Origin: Limnochordia bacterium
Lineage (GTDB): Bacteria > Bacillota > Limnochordia > DTU080
Direction of reading: 5' to 3'
DNA length: 64,000 bases
Assembly: GCA_050951545.1 (NCBI GenBank)
Contig: JBMNJG010000003.1
Span: 64,001 to 128,000, forward strand
The notes beneath the pieces were generated by a model. That model had not been told where the DNA came from, searched no databases, and saw nothing but the letters and a program-made list of their open reading frames with translations. Positions 35,072 through 46,403 of the stretch are shown in pieces. The position numbers and the translations under genes are program-made. Every line of letters begins with the position of its first letter. The stretch's first letter is position 1.

Positions 35072-37460
35072 CTAGAACTCTACAACCGTTACACCAGCGC
35101 CACCCTCACTAGGTTCGCCACCGCGATATGTCTTCACTTGGGGCAATCCCTTCAGATGCTCCCTCACCGCTTGACGCAGAGCACCAGTCCCTTTTCCATG
35201 GATAATACGGGCCCGCGGAAGACCAGCCAGCATGCAGTCATCAAGGTATTTGTTCACTGCTTCCAGGGCTTCATCCACGGTCATGCCGCGCAGATCCAAT
35301 TCGGTGGCTACCGCAGCCGATTTGCTGCGGGCCAGACTAGCCAGCGAACTCCTGTGCACCTCAGCCTGAGGCTCGCCTGCAGACTTCTCTACGTCCGAAC
35401 TCGCCAGCGACAGTCGCATCATCCCTGCCTGCACAACAACCCGGCCATCATTGTCCGGCTCGACCAACACTACCGCCTCTTGTCCGAGACTGATGATTCG
35501 CACAGAATCCCCTTTATGAAGAGGCCCTGCTGTGGCTCTGGGCGACGGCTCAATGTCGGGTTCCAACGGTTCAGGCTCCCGTAGGCTGGCCTGCTTCTCA
35601 AGCACCCTCTCACGCGCCTGTTGAGCCAGCTGTTCCAGATCGGTCTGCCTGCTGCGCCGCAACTCACCGATCAGCTGCTCGAGTTCCTTGCGCGATTCAG
35701 ATACCAGCTGTGCCGCCTCGCGACGGGCCTGATCAAGGATCGCATTGCGCCGCTCCTGCAGCTTGGCGAACGCCTCGTCATAGCGATCACGAAGAGACTG
35801 CATTTCGCCACGCAGGCGGCTCGCCTCTTCGCTGTCTCTTACCGCTTGACGCCTATTCTCCTCGACAGTGCGTATCAGCTCTTCGACCTTGATGTCTTCT
35901 TGCGTAAGCCGAGCCTTTGCTCTTTGCACGATGGCCTCCGCCAACCCCAGACGTCGAGCGATGGCAAAAGCGTTACTGCTCCCAGCTACTCCGATCGATA
36001 GGCGATACGTTGGCTGCAGCGTCTCCACATCGAACTCCACACTGGCGTTCTCCGCCTCGGGCTCTGTATAGGCAAAGGACTTGAGTTCGCTATAGTGTGT
36101 AGTCGCTACGGTGCGACACCCCAGATCCATCAGGTGCTCCAAGATGGACATGGCCAATGCCGCCCCCTCGGTAGGATCCGTCCCAGCACCGAGTTCATCC
36201 AGAAGAACCAACGACTTCGCCGTAGCCCGCTGTCAGAATGCCAACGATGTTGCTCATGTGCGAGGAGAACGTGCTCAAGTTCTGCTCGATGCTCTGCTCA
36301 TCGCCGATATCTGCGTGCACGCAATCGAACACAGCCAATTCAGTTCCGCTCTGTGCTGGCACGTGCAGTCCTGCCTGACTCATCAGCGCAAAAAGCCCGA
36401 CAGTCTTGAGGGTGACGGTCTTGCCCCCGGTGTTCGGCCCAGTGATAACCAAAGCAAGCGATTCACGGCCCAACCAGACATCAATAGGTACGACGCGCCC
36501 TGTGAGCAATGGATGCCGGCCAGCGAGAATGGATATCCAGCCATCCTTCGCAATCTGTGGTTCCACGCAACGCCAGTCCAAGGATAGACGCCCCTTGGCA
36601 AAGATGAAATCGATTTCTCCGGCGATCTCCACGCTGAGGCGTATCACGGCACTCTCATCACCCACTGCGCCAGTCAGTTCCTTGAGAATCCGCTCAATCT
36701 CCTGCAGCTCCTCGGCTTCCACCTGCCTAATCTCATTGTTGAGCTCAACGACAGCGATCGGCTCTACGAATAGCGTGGCGCCGCTGCCTGATTGGTCATG
36801 TACGATGCCAGCGAACGACGACCGATACTCCTGTTTAATCGGCAGCACATAGCGGCCGTTGCGCAATGTGATCAGGCTGTCCTGCAGAATCTTCTGGGTC
36901 GAAGCCGAGCGAAGAACCGCCTCGAGTCTCTCCCGCACCCGTGCCTGCAGCGCTCTCAACTGTTGACGAAAGCGAGCCAGCGCCGGACTGGCCGCGTCCA
37001 CCACCTCGCCCTCGGGTCCTATGCAACGCTCGATCTCCTGTTCCATACGCAGAAATGTGCCCATGGAACGGGCACGATCGACCAGCAGGGACTCAGCATC
37101 GTCAGAAAGTCCACCAACCACGTGGCCCTCGTGCTGTAGTACGTATGCTCGCAGCAATCGCACAGCCCGCAGAGTATCAGCTACCTCCAGTAGCTGCTCA
37201 GGCAACAGGACGCCCCCGGCTCTTGCGCGCAGCAGTAGAGGACGTATGTCATGCAGTCCACCCAAAGGAACGTTCCCGCCCATCTCCAGAAGACGAACTG
37301 CCTCGGTAGTCTCTTGTTGCCATTCGGCGATGACACGTGCTTCGTTGCTCGGACGTAGCTGATGCGCCAACTCCTTGCCGAGACTCGACGCACCGTGCCC
37401 AGCTAGATGCTGCAGCACCTTATCAAATTCCAAGACCCGTAGCGTGCGCTCATCCAACAC
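35072..37460 (-). CDS. mutS2: Endonuclease MutS2, split by a +1 frameshift near 36233
   Basis: GPNTGGKT, LSTFSSHM, DELGAGTDP, Smr domain IIHGKGTG; removing one A (CTG A CAG) restores ILQRATAKSLVLL. Confidence 0.92.
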
Positions 37461-37461
37461 C

Positions 37462-39198
37462 TCACCCCCTCCGTCTTCCGCTTTTCAGCGCCAGTCGCTG
37501 GCGTAGGTCCTCCAGAGGCTGGCTATTCAAGACTGCACTGGGCTCCAACCAGGCTCTACGGGCAACACTAAGCCCATATGACAGGAAATCAAACTCTGAC
37601 ACGTCGTGTGCATCCGTATTGATGGCGATCATCACCCCCGCCGCTGCCGCTTGGCGTGCGTGCTCAGCACTGAGGTCGAGGCGATCAGGCGAGGCGTTGA
37701 TCTCCAAGGCCGTCCCCGTGTCCGACGCTATCCGAATCAGCTCATCGACATCGACGTCGCTCGGCACCCTGCGACCCAAGAGGCGTCCCGTCGGATGACC
37801 GATAATATGTACGTATGGATTTTCCATGGCAGCCTTCAGACGACGCATCAGCTGAGCGCGTTCCTGGCGCAATCCCGAGTGCAAAGAGGCCACCACTACC
37901 ACACGCTTCCGTAGCACTTCATCGGGTAGATCCAAAGACCCATCAGCAAGAATGTCGACCTCAACTCCGGGGAGAAGCATCGCACCAGTGTTCTGTTCGT
38001 TGACCCTGATTATCTGCAGATCACGGGCATCAAGCTGCTCGGATGTCAACCCCCCTGCTATCGACAATGACCGTGAGTGGTCGCATACTGCCACATAGCG
38101 AAGGCCGCGTGCCGCCCCTGCTCGTGCTAGCTCCTCAAGGGTGGCCGTGCCGTCACTCCAATCGGAGTGGGCGTGTAAATCGCCTGTGATGTCACTGCGG
38201 CTCACCAAGCCGGGCAACGCCCCCTCCATAGCCGCTTCGATCTCGCCCGCATTCTCGCGCAACTCCGGTGGAATGTAGGGCAACCCCAGCAGTGCGTAAA
38301 GCTCCTCTTCGTTTGCAGGCTCGTGACGCTCTTTGGTTCGGCGATCAAACAGACCATACTCGCTAATCGAGAGGCCCTTTGCCAAGGCCAACGACCGTAA
38401 CGCCACATTATGCGCCTGTGAACCAGTTGAGTGATGCAGAGCACTGGCAAAGGCACCTGATGCAACCATGCGGACATCTACCTGCAACCCTCCGTGCAAG
38501 ACAAGGCTCACCTTAGTATCTCCGCGAGCCATCACCCGTTCGACAAGAGTCAAGTGGGTCAGGTGATGCCCGATTACTTCGCTGTCATCCGTTGCAACCA
38601 CGATATCAATATCGCCAACCATCTCCCGCATGCGGCGTACGCTGCCCGCTATCGCTACCCTGTTAACCGCTGGCAGAGCCTGCAAACCAGCAACGAGCTC
38701 GCGCGCAAGGGGCAAGGCCACATACAAGGGCCTGCGTCCTTGATAGCGAGCTAGCTCCTCAAGCCCCACGGCGATGTTGGCCTCCGTTTTCGGACCAAAA
38801 CCCTTCAGTTCGCGTATGCGCTGCTGAGAGAGCGCCTCTTCTAAACCAGCCAGATCTCGTATGCCGAGCTCCCTGAACAGACGGGCAGCTACCTTTGGTC
38901 CAACACCAGGGACTGTCGTCAACGCATGCAGTGACGAAGGAATCTCCTGACGTAATTTGTCGAGAGCCCCTATTCTGCCGGTGCGCACATACTCGGTGAT
39001 CTTACCAGCCAGTGCGCTGCCGATCCCCTCAAGATGGCGTAGCTCCCCAGTGTCCACCAGAGACGCTACATCTGTATCCAAGTTCTCCAGAAGCTGAGCA
39101 GCTCTACGATACGCCCTGATCTTAAACGGATTCTCTCCCTTTAGCTCGATCAGGTCGGCGATCTCTGAGAAAGCTGCCGCGATCTTCAGATTTGTCAA
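37462..39198 (-). CDS. polX: DNA polymerase X / PHP 3'-5' exonuclease
   Basis: GENPFKIRAY, GSVRR..GDID, DLHAHSDWSDG, NTDAH. Confidence 0.93.
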   Translation of the reverse strand: MTNLKIAAAFSEIADLIELKGENPFKIRAYRRAAQLLENLDTDVASLVDTGELRHLEGIGSALAGKITEYVRTGRIGALDKLRQEIPSSLHALTTVPGVGPKVAARLFRELGIRDLAGLEEALSQQRIRELKGFGPKTEANIAVGLEELARYQGRRPLYVALPLARELVAGLQALPAVNRVAIAGSVRRMREMVGDIDIVVATDDSEVIGHHLTHLTLVERVMARGDTKVSLVLHGGLQVDVRMVASGAFASALHHSTGSQAHNVALRSLALAKGLSISEYGLFDRRTKERHEPANEEELYALLGLPYIPPELRENAGEIEAAMEGALPGLVSRSDITGDLHAHSDWSDGTATLEELARAGAARGLRYVAVCDHSRSLSIAGGLTSEQLDARDLQIIRVNEQNTGAMLLPGVEVDILADGSLDLPDEVLRKRVVVVASLHSGLRQERAQLMRRLKAAMENPYVHIIGHPTGRLLGRRVPSDVDVDELIRIASDTGTALEINASPDRLDLSAEHARQAAAAGVMIAINTDAHDVSEFDFLSYGLSVARRAWLEPSAVLNSQPLEDLRQRLALKSGRRRG

Positions 39199-39232
39199 AG
39201 TAGGGTTCGCTCCTTGTATGGGGAAGCCCGCT

Positions 39233-39499
39233 TCAGCGGGCTTCCTCGAGCGCCTGCAACAGTTCCTTGTTTTCCATTTTCAGCTTCTCCACTTCATCTG
39301 CCAAGTGTATCGCTGTCAGGATGGCAAGCCGATGGCGTACGAGGTTAGGATATAGACCACGCAGACGTTCCATATGAGAACCGACTACCTCGGCGATGTG
39401 CTGCAGATATGCTTCGGTCTCCATGCCCTTGAGCATAAGCTCCTCGCCACATATGATAACCTTGGCTCGGTTAGCGCCACTCTCCACATCAGTGGCCAT
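39233..39499 (-). CDS. zapA: Cell division protein ZapA
   Basis: Family-like sequence (LAILTAIHLADE plus coiled coil); zapA-polX-mutS2 synteny. Confidence 0.85.
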   Translation of the reverse strand: MATDVESGANRAKVIICGEELMLKGMETEAYLQHIAEVVGSHMERLRGLYPNLVRHRLAILTAIHLADEVEKLKMENKELLQALEEAR

Positions 39500-39563
39500 G
39501 GAACTCCCCCCAGATTCGTCCTCGATCGTTGGCTAGGTTCGCAAGACAATCCACGATTTCCTC

Positions 39564-40727
39564 TTATGAGCTCTCTATCCATTGGCTGAATGCCAGTAGC
39601 GCACCGAGCGCATAGCGTGCTCCGGGAAGCACAGAAGAAACGTCCAGATACTCCTTTAGCGAATGCAGCGAGCCACCTGAAGCTACTCCCACGCAAACAG
39701 CAGGAATCCCCTTAGACAGTGGCACATTCGCATCTGTGCTGGCCCACATGGGGCATACCCGCACGTCCAGGGCAGCCGAGGCAGCGGCGAGGGCCTGGAC
39801 CAGCGGATGATCCTTTGGCAAGCTCCCACCCGGGCGCTCTCCAACCACCTCAATCGCAGCATGCAGCTGCTCTCCGGCCATCGCGCGCAGTATGGCCCCA
39901 CGCACAGCCTTATCCACCTCGGCTAACGTCTCTGCCGCTTCTGATCGCATGTCAATCAGCATTCGTGCCTGCGCGGCTATGGAGTTTACCGAGACACCGC
40001 CTTCGACCACGCCCACGTTCAACGTGGTGCGCGGCTTGACGGGAAGACGAAGAGCATCGATCTGCGCAATAGACCGCCCGAGAGCGTGCACTGCACTGGG
40101 ACGCCCGTAATCATACCAGCTATGTCCGCCATCACCGCTGATGGTAACCTCCAACCGGCGGCTGGTGACCCCTTGGTAGCAGATGTTCCGCAGATCGCCA
40201 TCCAACACGAGCACTGCACTCACAGGCCAGCGACTTGCCAGACCCTTATCAAAAAGATACTTCATCCCCAGCAGATTGCCCAAGCCTTCTTCAGCAACAT
40301 TGGCCACAAAGGCGAGACCGTGCCCTGGACCGTAGCCAATCTCGCCCAAGAACCGAGCCAACTCAATCACCATCGATACTGAGGCGGAGTTATCGCGAAT
40401 GCCCGGAGCATACCAACACTCCCCCTCGCGCCGCACGCGTACATCAGTACCCGCGGGAAACACTGTATCGAGGTGGGCGGTGACCAACAGAGACCCCTGG
40501 CCCGGCTCGGGCTCCTGAAAAACATGAACCACATTGCCACACTCATCGATCGTGGTGGTTCCCTGCGGTAGCTCCTGCATCACACTCGCCACGTGCGTGG
40601 CCCGGGCCTGCTCTTCAAAGGTCGGTGCTTCTATCTCGCATATCCTGACAGTCTGCTCGAGAATCTCCGTAATGCGGCTCCTAAACCAGGCCACCCCTTG
40701 CCTGTGAACCTGGGACTTTGCCACCAT
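39564..40727 (-). CDS. M20/M25/M40 metallo-hydrolase
   Basis: AHLDTVF, PGIRDN, EEGLGNL, GGHSW, STDAN. Confidence 0.85.
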   Translation of the reverse strand: MVAKSQVHRQGVAWFRSRITEILEQTVRICEIEAPTFEEQARATHVASVMQELPQGTTTIDECGNVVHVFQEPEPGQGSLLVTAHLDTVFPAGTDVRVRREGECWYAPGIRDNSASVSMVIELARFLGEIGYGPGHGLAFVANVAEEGLGNLLGMKYLFDKGLASRWPVSAVLVLDGDLRNICYQGVTSRRLEVTISGDGGHSWYDYGRPSAVHALGRSIAQIDALRLPVKPRTTLNVGVVEGGVSVNSIAAQARMLIDMRSEAAETLAEVDKAVRGAILRAMAGEQLHAAIEVVGERPGGSLPKDHPLVQALAAASAALDVRVCPMWASTDANVPLSKGIPAVCVGVASGGSLHSLKEYLDVSSVLPGARYALGALLAFSQWIESS

Positions 40728-40753
40728 AGTCTACCGCCTCTCTGGTACTCCCC

Positions 40754-43153
40754 CTAACGACGCAGGGAGACCTGATGTGCCGCTAGAGCCTGCTCGATGC
40801 GTTCCACAACTGCGCTGATCTCCTCATCCGTTAGCGTGCGATCGGGTGCTCGGAAGCTAAGAGAGTAAGCCAGGCTGCGATGCCCCTCGGGTATCTGCTT
40901 ACCCTGGTAAATGTCGAAAAGCTCGACATCACCGAGATTGGAGCCTGCCTCATTCCGAATGATCTGCACTACGCGCTCCGCTGGCAGCTCAACAGGCACC
41001 AGGAGCGCCAGGTCGCGCAGAATAGCAGGGTAGCGAGGTAGTGGTGTCAGCTGCGGCATACCCCCACCTGCCGCCAAGACCGCGTCAAGGTCCAGCTCGA
41101 GCACGAATGCCTGTTCCGGCAGATCATACGCCTCCTGAACCAAAGGGTGAACCTCACCCAAGAAGCCTACAGTCTGGCTATTCCAGACAATCTCCCCGGT
41201 GCGCCCCGGATGTAGAGCCGCCTGATCTCCGACTCTGACTGACAGGTCGATGGCCAGGGCCTTAGCCACCACCGCAAGTATCCCTTTGAGAGTAAAGAAA
41301 TCGACTTCACACCTTCCCCAAGCACCAGCAGGACGCCCCATCATGGCAATGCCTAGCGTCCGCCGCTCCTCCGGCTGCGAAGAGACTGGCCACTGTCTCG
41401 ACAGAAAGATACTGCCGATCTCAAACAGATGCACAACCCCGTTCTGCCTGGCGGCGTTGCGGCTGAGAGCGTCCATCAGGTTAGGCATCAGCGTGGTCCG
41501 CATCACGCTTTGCTCCTCACTCAAGGGGTTGAGGACAGGGATGGCTTGCCGTCTGGCATCGTCTGGCGCCAAGCGAAGCATGTCGAAGTGACGCGGCGAC
41601 ATGAAGCCATAGGTGATCGTCTCATGTAGGCCAGCTGCAATGCAAGCCTCCCTCACGCGATCCAGAAGCAGCATCTCTCTCTGCTGCGAGCCAGCACTGG
41701 CTGTCTCCTGAGGCAGCGTAGCCGGGACGGCGTCATAGCCATGGATGCGAGCAATCTCCTCAATCAAATCAACCTCGCGTTCAATATCCCGCCGAAAGCT
41801 TGGAATGGAGACGTGCAGCACATGACGAGTATCTTCTTCTAACTCGAAGCCGAGCCGTCGCAAGCAGTGAATCATCTGGGAAGCCGTCATCTTTGTCCCC
41901 AAAATCTGGTTGACCCGCTGCGGTCGCAGCGCAACAATGCGCGGACCCTCCAGAGACTCGCACACGTCGATGAGTCCAGGAGCTACCGCACCCCCACACA
42001 ACCTACAGAACAGCTCTGCAGCCCTGTTAGCAGCTATGGGCGGCAGGTGTGGATCGAGTCCCTTTTCGAAGCGACCTGACGCTTCACTACGCAACCCCAG
42101 TTTTCGAGATGTCTTTCTTACGGTTACAGCGTTGAAGGTGGCCGATTCGAGCAGCAGATCCGTGGTCTCAGGCCCTACTTCGCTGTTCTCACCGCCCATG
42201 ACACCGGCGATGGCTACTGCCTGCTCAGCATCTGCGATGACCAGCATCTCCGGATCGAGCTGTCGCCTGTGACCATCCAGAGTCACCAGAGTCTCACCTG
42301 CTTTTGCCCGCCGGACGATGATCTGCTGTCCCTTCAGTAAGGCCAGGTTGAAAGCGTGCAGAGGTTGCCCTGTCTCTAGCATGACATAGTTGGTGATGTC
42401 GACCACGTTGTTGATGGGCCGTACGCCCGCAGCCCGCAGCCGCTGCTGCATCCACAGCGGTGATGGACCTACGCGCACTCCGCGGATAACGCGTGCACAG
42501 TAGCGCTGACACAAGTCAGTATCCTCCACCGTCACCCGGGTCAGAGCTGTTGCAGGCTCTCCAGACTCCACGACTTGCGGTACGGGCACGCGCAACGGTC
42601 CTTCGGTCAAAGCTGCCACTTCGCGGGCCAGGCCAACCACGCTCAGGCAGTCGGGCCGGTTCGGATAGATCTCAAACTCGATGACGGCGTCCCCGAGCTG
42701 CAGTAACGCAGCAAGATCGCTGCCCACGGCACTCTCGTCAGGAAGCACCATGATCCCGGAATGATCGTCCGAGATCCCCAGTTCATCCTCAGCGCACAGC
42801 ATGCCGTACGACTCCACGCCATGAAACTCAACCACACTGATAGGCTCTTCACGCCCGGCGACTCGCGCCCCAGGTAATGCTACGGGAACCCTCATCCCGA
42901 CCGCTAGATTGGGCGCTCCGCTCACCAGGGTAATGCGCCGATTACCAACATCCACCTTGCATATTGACAGCCGCTCTGTCGCTGGATGCGGATCCACTGC
43001 TTCTATCAAACCTACGACGACTCCAGAGACGTCTGCGCCAAAGCGGCGTATGCTCTCCACCTTCTGGCCAGCATCGGTAATTCGATCTGCCAGCTCTTGC
43101 GCAGGCCAAGGGACGTCCACATACTCCTGTAGCCAACTCAACAGCACAAGCAT
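40754..43153 (-). CDS. pheT: Phenylalanine-tRNA ligase beta subunit
   Basis: PNRPDCLS, NNVVDITNYV, DLIEEIARIHGY, FDX-ACB C-terminus. Confidence 0.97.
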   Translation of the reverse strand: MLVLLSWLQEYVDVPWPAQELADRITDAGQKVESIRRFGADVSGVVVGLIEAVDPHPATERLSICKVDVGNRRITLVSGAPNLAVGMRVPVALPGARVAGREEPISVVEFHGVESYGMLCAEDELGISDDHSGIMVLPDESAVGSDLAALLQLGDAVIEFEIYPNRPDCLSVVGLAREVAALTEGPLRVPVPQVVESGEPATALTRVTVEDTDLCQRYCARVIRGVRVGPSPLWMQQRLRAAGVRPINNVVDITNYVMLETGQPLHAFNLALLKGQQIIVRRAKAGETLVTLDGHRRQLDPEMLVIADAEQAVAIAGVMGGENSEVGPETTDLLLESATFNAVTVRKTSRKLGLRSEASGRFEKGLDPHLPPIAANRAAELFCRLCGGAVAPGLIDVCESLEGPRIVALRPQRVNQILGTKMTASQMIHCLRRLGFELEEDTRHVLHVSIPSFRRDIEREVDLIEEIARIHGYDAVPATLPQETASAGSQQREMLLLDRVREACIAAGLHETITYGFMSPRHFDMLRLAPDDARRQAIPVLNPLSEEQSVMRTTLMPNLMDALSRNAARQNGVVHLFEIGSIFLSRQWPVSSQPEERRTLGIAMMGRPAGAWGRCEVDFFTLKGILAVVAKALAIDLSVRVGDQAALHPGRTGEIVWNSQTVGFLGEVHPLVQEAYDLPEQAFVLELDLDAVLAAGGGMPQLTPLPRYPAILRDLALLVPVELPAERVVQIIRNEAGSNLGDVELFDIYQGKQIPEGHRSLAYSLSFRAPDRTLTDEEISAVVERIEQALAAHQVSLRR

Positions 43154-43183
43154 CGGTTAATCCCCCTCATTTGAACACGAAGC

Positions 43184-44206
43184 CTACGAGAACTGGCGCA
43201 GAAAGCGAACATCACTCTCATAGAGTAACCGCATGTCATCAATGCCATAGCGCAGCATCGCTACCCGCTCAACCCCTAGGCCGAAAGCGAATCCAGTCAC
43301 CCGCTCGGGGTCATAGTCGACAGCCTCGAACACACTCGGATGCACCATCCCGGCGCCCAAGACCTCGATCCATCCCTCGTGCTTGCACAGACGGCATCCC
43401 TCGCCCGCACACACAAAGCAGGAGATATCTACTTCAGCACTCGGTTCCGTAAAGGGGAAGTAGCTCGGCCGGAATCGCACACCGCGCTCCTTACCAAACA
43501 GCTCTCTGATGACCAGCGTCAAGACGCCTTTGAGATCGCCGAATGTGACATGCTCATCGACGAGCAGCCCCTCAACTTGATGGAACATCGGAGAATGCGT
43601 CGCATCGGCTGCGTCTACCCGGTACACCTTGCCAGGGGCTATCATCCGTACGGGAGGCTTCTGCGTCTCCATGGTCCTCACCTGAACCGGTGAGGTCTGC
43701 GTGCGCAAAAGTAGATCCTCAGTGATATAAAAGGTATCCTGCATATCCCGGGCAGGGTGGTGCTTCGGTTCGTTTAAGGCCTCGAAGTTATAGTAATCAG
43801 TCTCCACCTCGGGCCCTTCGACCACCTCAAAGCCCAAACCGACGAAGACCCTTTTGATATCATCCAGCGCCAATGTCAGAGGATGTCGGCTTCCCCAAGG
43901 CACTGGCCGCCCCGGCAATGTAACATCCACCGATTCGGCCAACAGACGCTCCTCCAAGGCGATGTTGTGGAGAAACGCCCCTCGCTCTTCCAGAAGCTGC
44001 TCCACCTCATCACGCACACTGTTTACCAGGCGCCCCATTGCTGGGCGCGCCTGCGCAGATAGCGCACCCATGCCTCGTAGCAGCTGGGTTAGCTTCCCCT
44101 TCTTCCCCAGAATCTCAACACGAACCTCGTCGAGGGCTGGTGTGGATGAAGCCCGTGAAATGCGTTCCCTTGCTATGCTTCTAATCTGCTCGACTTGTTC
44201 ATGCAC
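43184..44206 (-). CDS. pheS: Phenylalanine-tRNA ligase alpha subunit
   Basis: HPARDMQDTFY, FRPSYFPFTEPS, GFAFGLG; GTG start 44206. Confidence 0.97.
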   Translation of the reverse strand: MHEQVEQIRSIARERISRASSTPALDEVRVEILGKKGKLTQLLRGMGALSAQARPAMGRLVNSVRDEVEQLLEERGAFLHNIALEERLLAESVDVTLPGRPVPWGSRHPLTLALDDIKRVFVGLGFEVVEGPEVETDYYNFEALNEPKHHPARDMQDTFYITEDLLLRTQTSPVQVRTMETQKPPVRMIAPGKVYRVDAADATHSPMFHQVEGLLVDEHVTFGDLKGVLTLVIRELFGKERGVRFRPSYFPFTEPSAEVDISCFVCAGEGCRLCKHEGWIEVLGAGMVHPSVFEAVDYDPERVTGFAFGLGVERVAMLRYGIDDMRLLYESDVRFLRQFS

Positions 44207-44264
44207 AGCCAGGCTCACCTGCTTTCCCGATCTTTGCAGCGCTTTCGCATACATAACAAAAAGC

Positions 44265-44520
44265 CACTTCCGTCAAAGGGACGAAAGCAGCTCTCACGTG
44301 GTACCACCCTATTTCTGGCTGCGCAACATGTACACAGCCCTTTATCGGCCTAGAGGATAGCCTACCCTTGTAACGGTGGGACACCGATACCGCCTACTAA
44401 GGATGTTCAGCGGATAGCTCAAGAGCGAACTTCATCCGGACGGTACGCCCGAGGGCTCTCAGTCTGCGACCCTCTTCCCTGTGACTCCTATGCCCGGACT
44501 ACTTCTCTCTTTCATTGCCT
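44265..44520 (-). promoter_or_regulatory. T-box riboswitch (Phe) leader of pheST
   Basis: T-box AGGGTGGTACCACG (~44297-44311), specifier GAAG-TTC-GCTC, terminator. Confidence 0.88.
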
Positions 44521-44559
44521 TTGGCACGCCAAATACGCGCGTTTTTACTCCCCGGGGTC

Positions 44560-44655
44560 CTAGTTGGCCTGTGCCTTAAGTTGCCTGTAGAGGAGATATG
44601 CGGCTACGGAGCCAGTTGCCTCAAAGATCTTCCAAAACAGCTCAGCGGCAGACAT
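44560..44655 (-). CDS. yqzL: YqzL-family small protein (31 aa)
   Basis: Below ORF-track cutoff: MSAAELFWKIFEATGSVAAYLLYRQLKAQAN; upstream TTGTAA-N17-TATAAT (44702-44730). Confidence 0.8.
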   Translation of the reverse strand: MSAAELFWKIFEATGSVAAYLLYRQLKAQAN

Positions 44656-44734
44656 ATGAGGGACCCCACCCTTTCGATTGATCTCCGGGTGTGCTGGCCA
44701 CATTATATCATACCGTTTCAGCGTTTACAACTCG

Positions 44735-45529
44735 TTAACAAGGATCCGCCCCGCGTTGGCGCAGTGACTCATATAAGACGATCGCAGCGGCCACGCCTGC
44801 ATTGAGTGACTCCGCTCGCCCCGGCATGGGTATGTGTACCAGAGCTGGATCAGCGGAACTCCAAGCACGTGCCGGCCCGTGGGCCTCGTTGCCTACAACA
44901 ACCGCCACGGATCCAGTTAGACTCACACCATGGTAAGGCAACGCGCCCGTAGCATCGCACACAATCGTGCGGTAGCCTCTGGCCAGTGCCGCCTCGATAA
45001 CCTCCGAGTAGTCAGCGCTTATCCATAGCGGAGCCGAGTACATGGCCCCTGCACTGGCCCTCACCACCTTGGGGCTCGTGAGATCCACGCAACCAGTTGT
45101 CAGGATCACCGCAGCCCCAACTGCTGCGGCGGTGCGCAGCATGGTGCCGAGGTTGCCCGGATCGGCAATTTGATCAGCAACCAGAACCAAGCGCCCGCCC
45201 TCGAGCACACCTTCTCGCATGTCAGTTGGTGCCGTGGCAACTGCCACCAAACCCTGAGGCGTGACAGTATCACCAATCGTGCCCATTACCCTCTCAGTCA
45301 CGCGGATCAACTCCGCGCCACTTCGCTCCAGCTCCTGCAGCAGTGACTGCCAGCGCCCTGAGGCGGCATCCGTGAAGAAGCAGCTGCCAATACTGGCTCC
45401 CGCCGTCAAGGCCTCAAGAATGAAGCGTCCCCCTTCGATCAAAAGCTCGCCGCACATCTGCCTTTGCCTGCGGTCGCGAAGGGATCTAGCGCTTTTCACT
45501 TTGCTGTTGTGGATGCTGGAGATACTCAT
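44735..45529 (-). CDS. TrmH/SpoU-family RNA methyltransferase
   Basis: DPGNLGTMLR, GNEAHG, ESLNAG. Confidence 0.92.
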   Translation of the reverse strand: MSISSIHNSKVKSARSLRDRRQRQMCGELLIEGGRFILEALTAGASIGSCFFTDAASGRWQSLLQELERSGAELIRVTERVMGTIGDTVTPQGLVAVATAPTDMREGVLEGGRLVLVADQIADPGNLGTMLRTAAAVGAAVILTTGCVDLTSPKVVRASAGAMYSAPLWISADYSEVIEAALARGYRTIVCDATGALPYHGVSLTGSVAVVVGNEAHGPARAWSSADPALVHIPMPGRAESLNAGVAAAIVLYESLRQRGADPC

Positions 45530-45534
45530 CTAGC

Positions 45535-45891
45535 CTAGACAAGCTGACTTTTAGCCACTTCAGCTAGACCCGCGAAACCAGAGGCGTCATTGACCGCCAT
45601 GTCAGCCAGCATCTTGCGGTTGACCTGCACCCCAGCGCGCCTCAACCCATTGATGAAGCGGCTATACGAGATGCCATTCAAACGGCAGGCCGCATTGATG
45701 CGGGTAATCCACAGACGCCGAAAATCGCGCCTGCGATTTCGTCTGTCTCGGTATGCATACATCAGCGACTTCATGACCTGCTCGTTGGCTGGTCTATACA
45801 GCTTACTCTGGTGGCCCCTGTAACCCTTGGCGAGCTTGATGACTCTCTTGTGCCGGCGCCGGCCTACTACGCCGCCCTTTGCCCGTGGCAT
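45535..45891 (-). CDS. rplT: 50S ribosomal protein L20
   Basis: MPRAKGG...AYRDRR...LWITRINAA. Confidence 0.98.
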   Translation of the reverse strand: MPRAKGGVVGRRRHKRVIKLAKGYRGHQSKLYRPANEQVMKSLMYAYRDRRNRRRDFRRLWITRINAACRLNGISYSRFINGLRRAGVQVNRKMLADMAVNDASGFAGLAEVAKSQLV

Positions 45892-45934
45892 CTTCATTAC
45901 CCCCTTGACCGGAAGCTGTCAGAGTCAGCTTCCA

Positions 45935-46132
45935 CTACGTATATGGTAGCATCTTGGCGACACGCTTCGCGTCGTTTTCACTGACCAATGCAGGTTGACG
46001 CAGATTCCGCTTACGTTTTGCAGTTTTCGACCCCATGAGATGACTTCGGAAGGAACTACCCCGCCTGAATTTCCCACTCGCCGTTCTCCGGAAACGCTTG
46101 GCTGCACCTCTGTGTGTCTTCATTTTCGGCAT
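45935..46132 (-). CDS. rpmI: 50S ribosomal protein L35
   Basis: [14 protein letters not shown]. Confidence 0.98.
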   Translation of the reverse strand: MPKMKTHRGAAKRFRRTASGKFRRGSSFRSHLMGSKTAKRKRNLRQPALVSENDAKRVAKMLPYT

Positions 46133-46174
46133 CGTGTTCTGCACCTCCATCCGCCTCTACGCGTAGCTCATTTT

Positions 46175-46285
46175 CTGTTACGCAAACAGAAAGCGAGCGG
46201 TTTGGCCGCTCGCTTTACACGCAACATCCGTCCCACCATCATCGGCGTGACATGAACGTTTCTGTGCAAACGCCTGCTAGCAACT
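46175..46285 (-). promoter_or_regulatory. Putative L20 leader (autoregulatory attenuator)
   Basis: Structured leader with CCGATGATGGT core and terminator AAAGCGAGCGG-CCAAA-CCGCTCGCTTT directly upstream of rpmI. Confidence 0.55.
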
Positions 46286-46403
46286 ATTCTATAGCACTGC
46301 AGGGTGAGAAGCAAACGGCCTCTGCTTACGCACATAGTTAAGGGATCTAATCCCCCTCTAATGTCGCCTCAGTATATCACGCCTTCCGACCGGTGGTCAA
46401 GCA

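Noticed and set aside
36195-36240. Programmed frameshift in mutS2
   Set aside because: No slippery sequence; a single extra A explains it.
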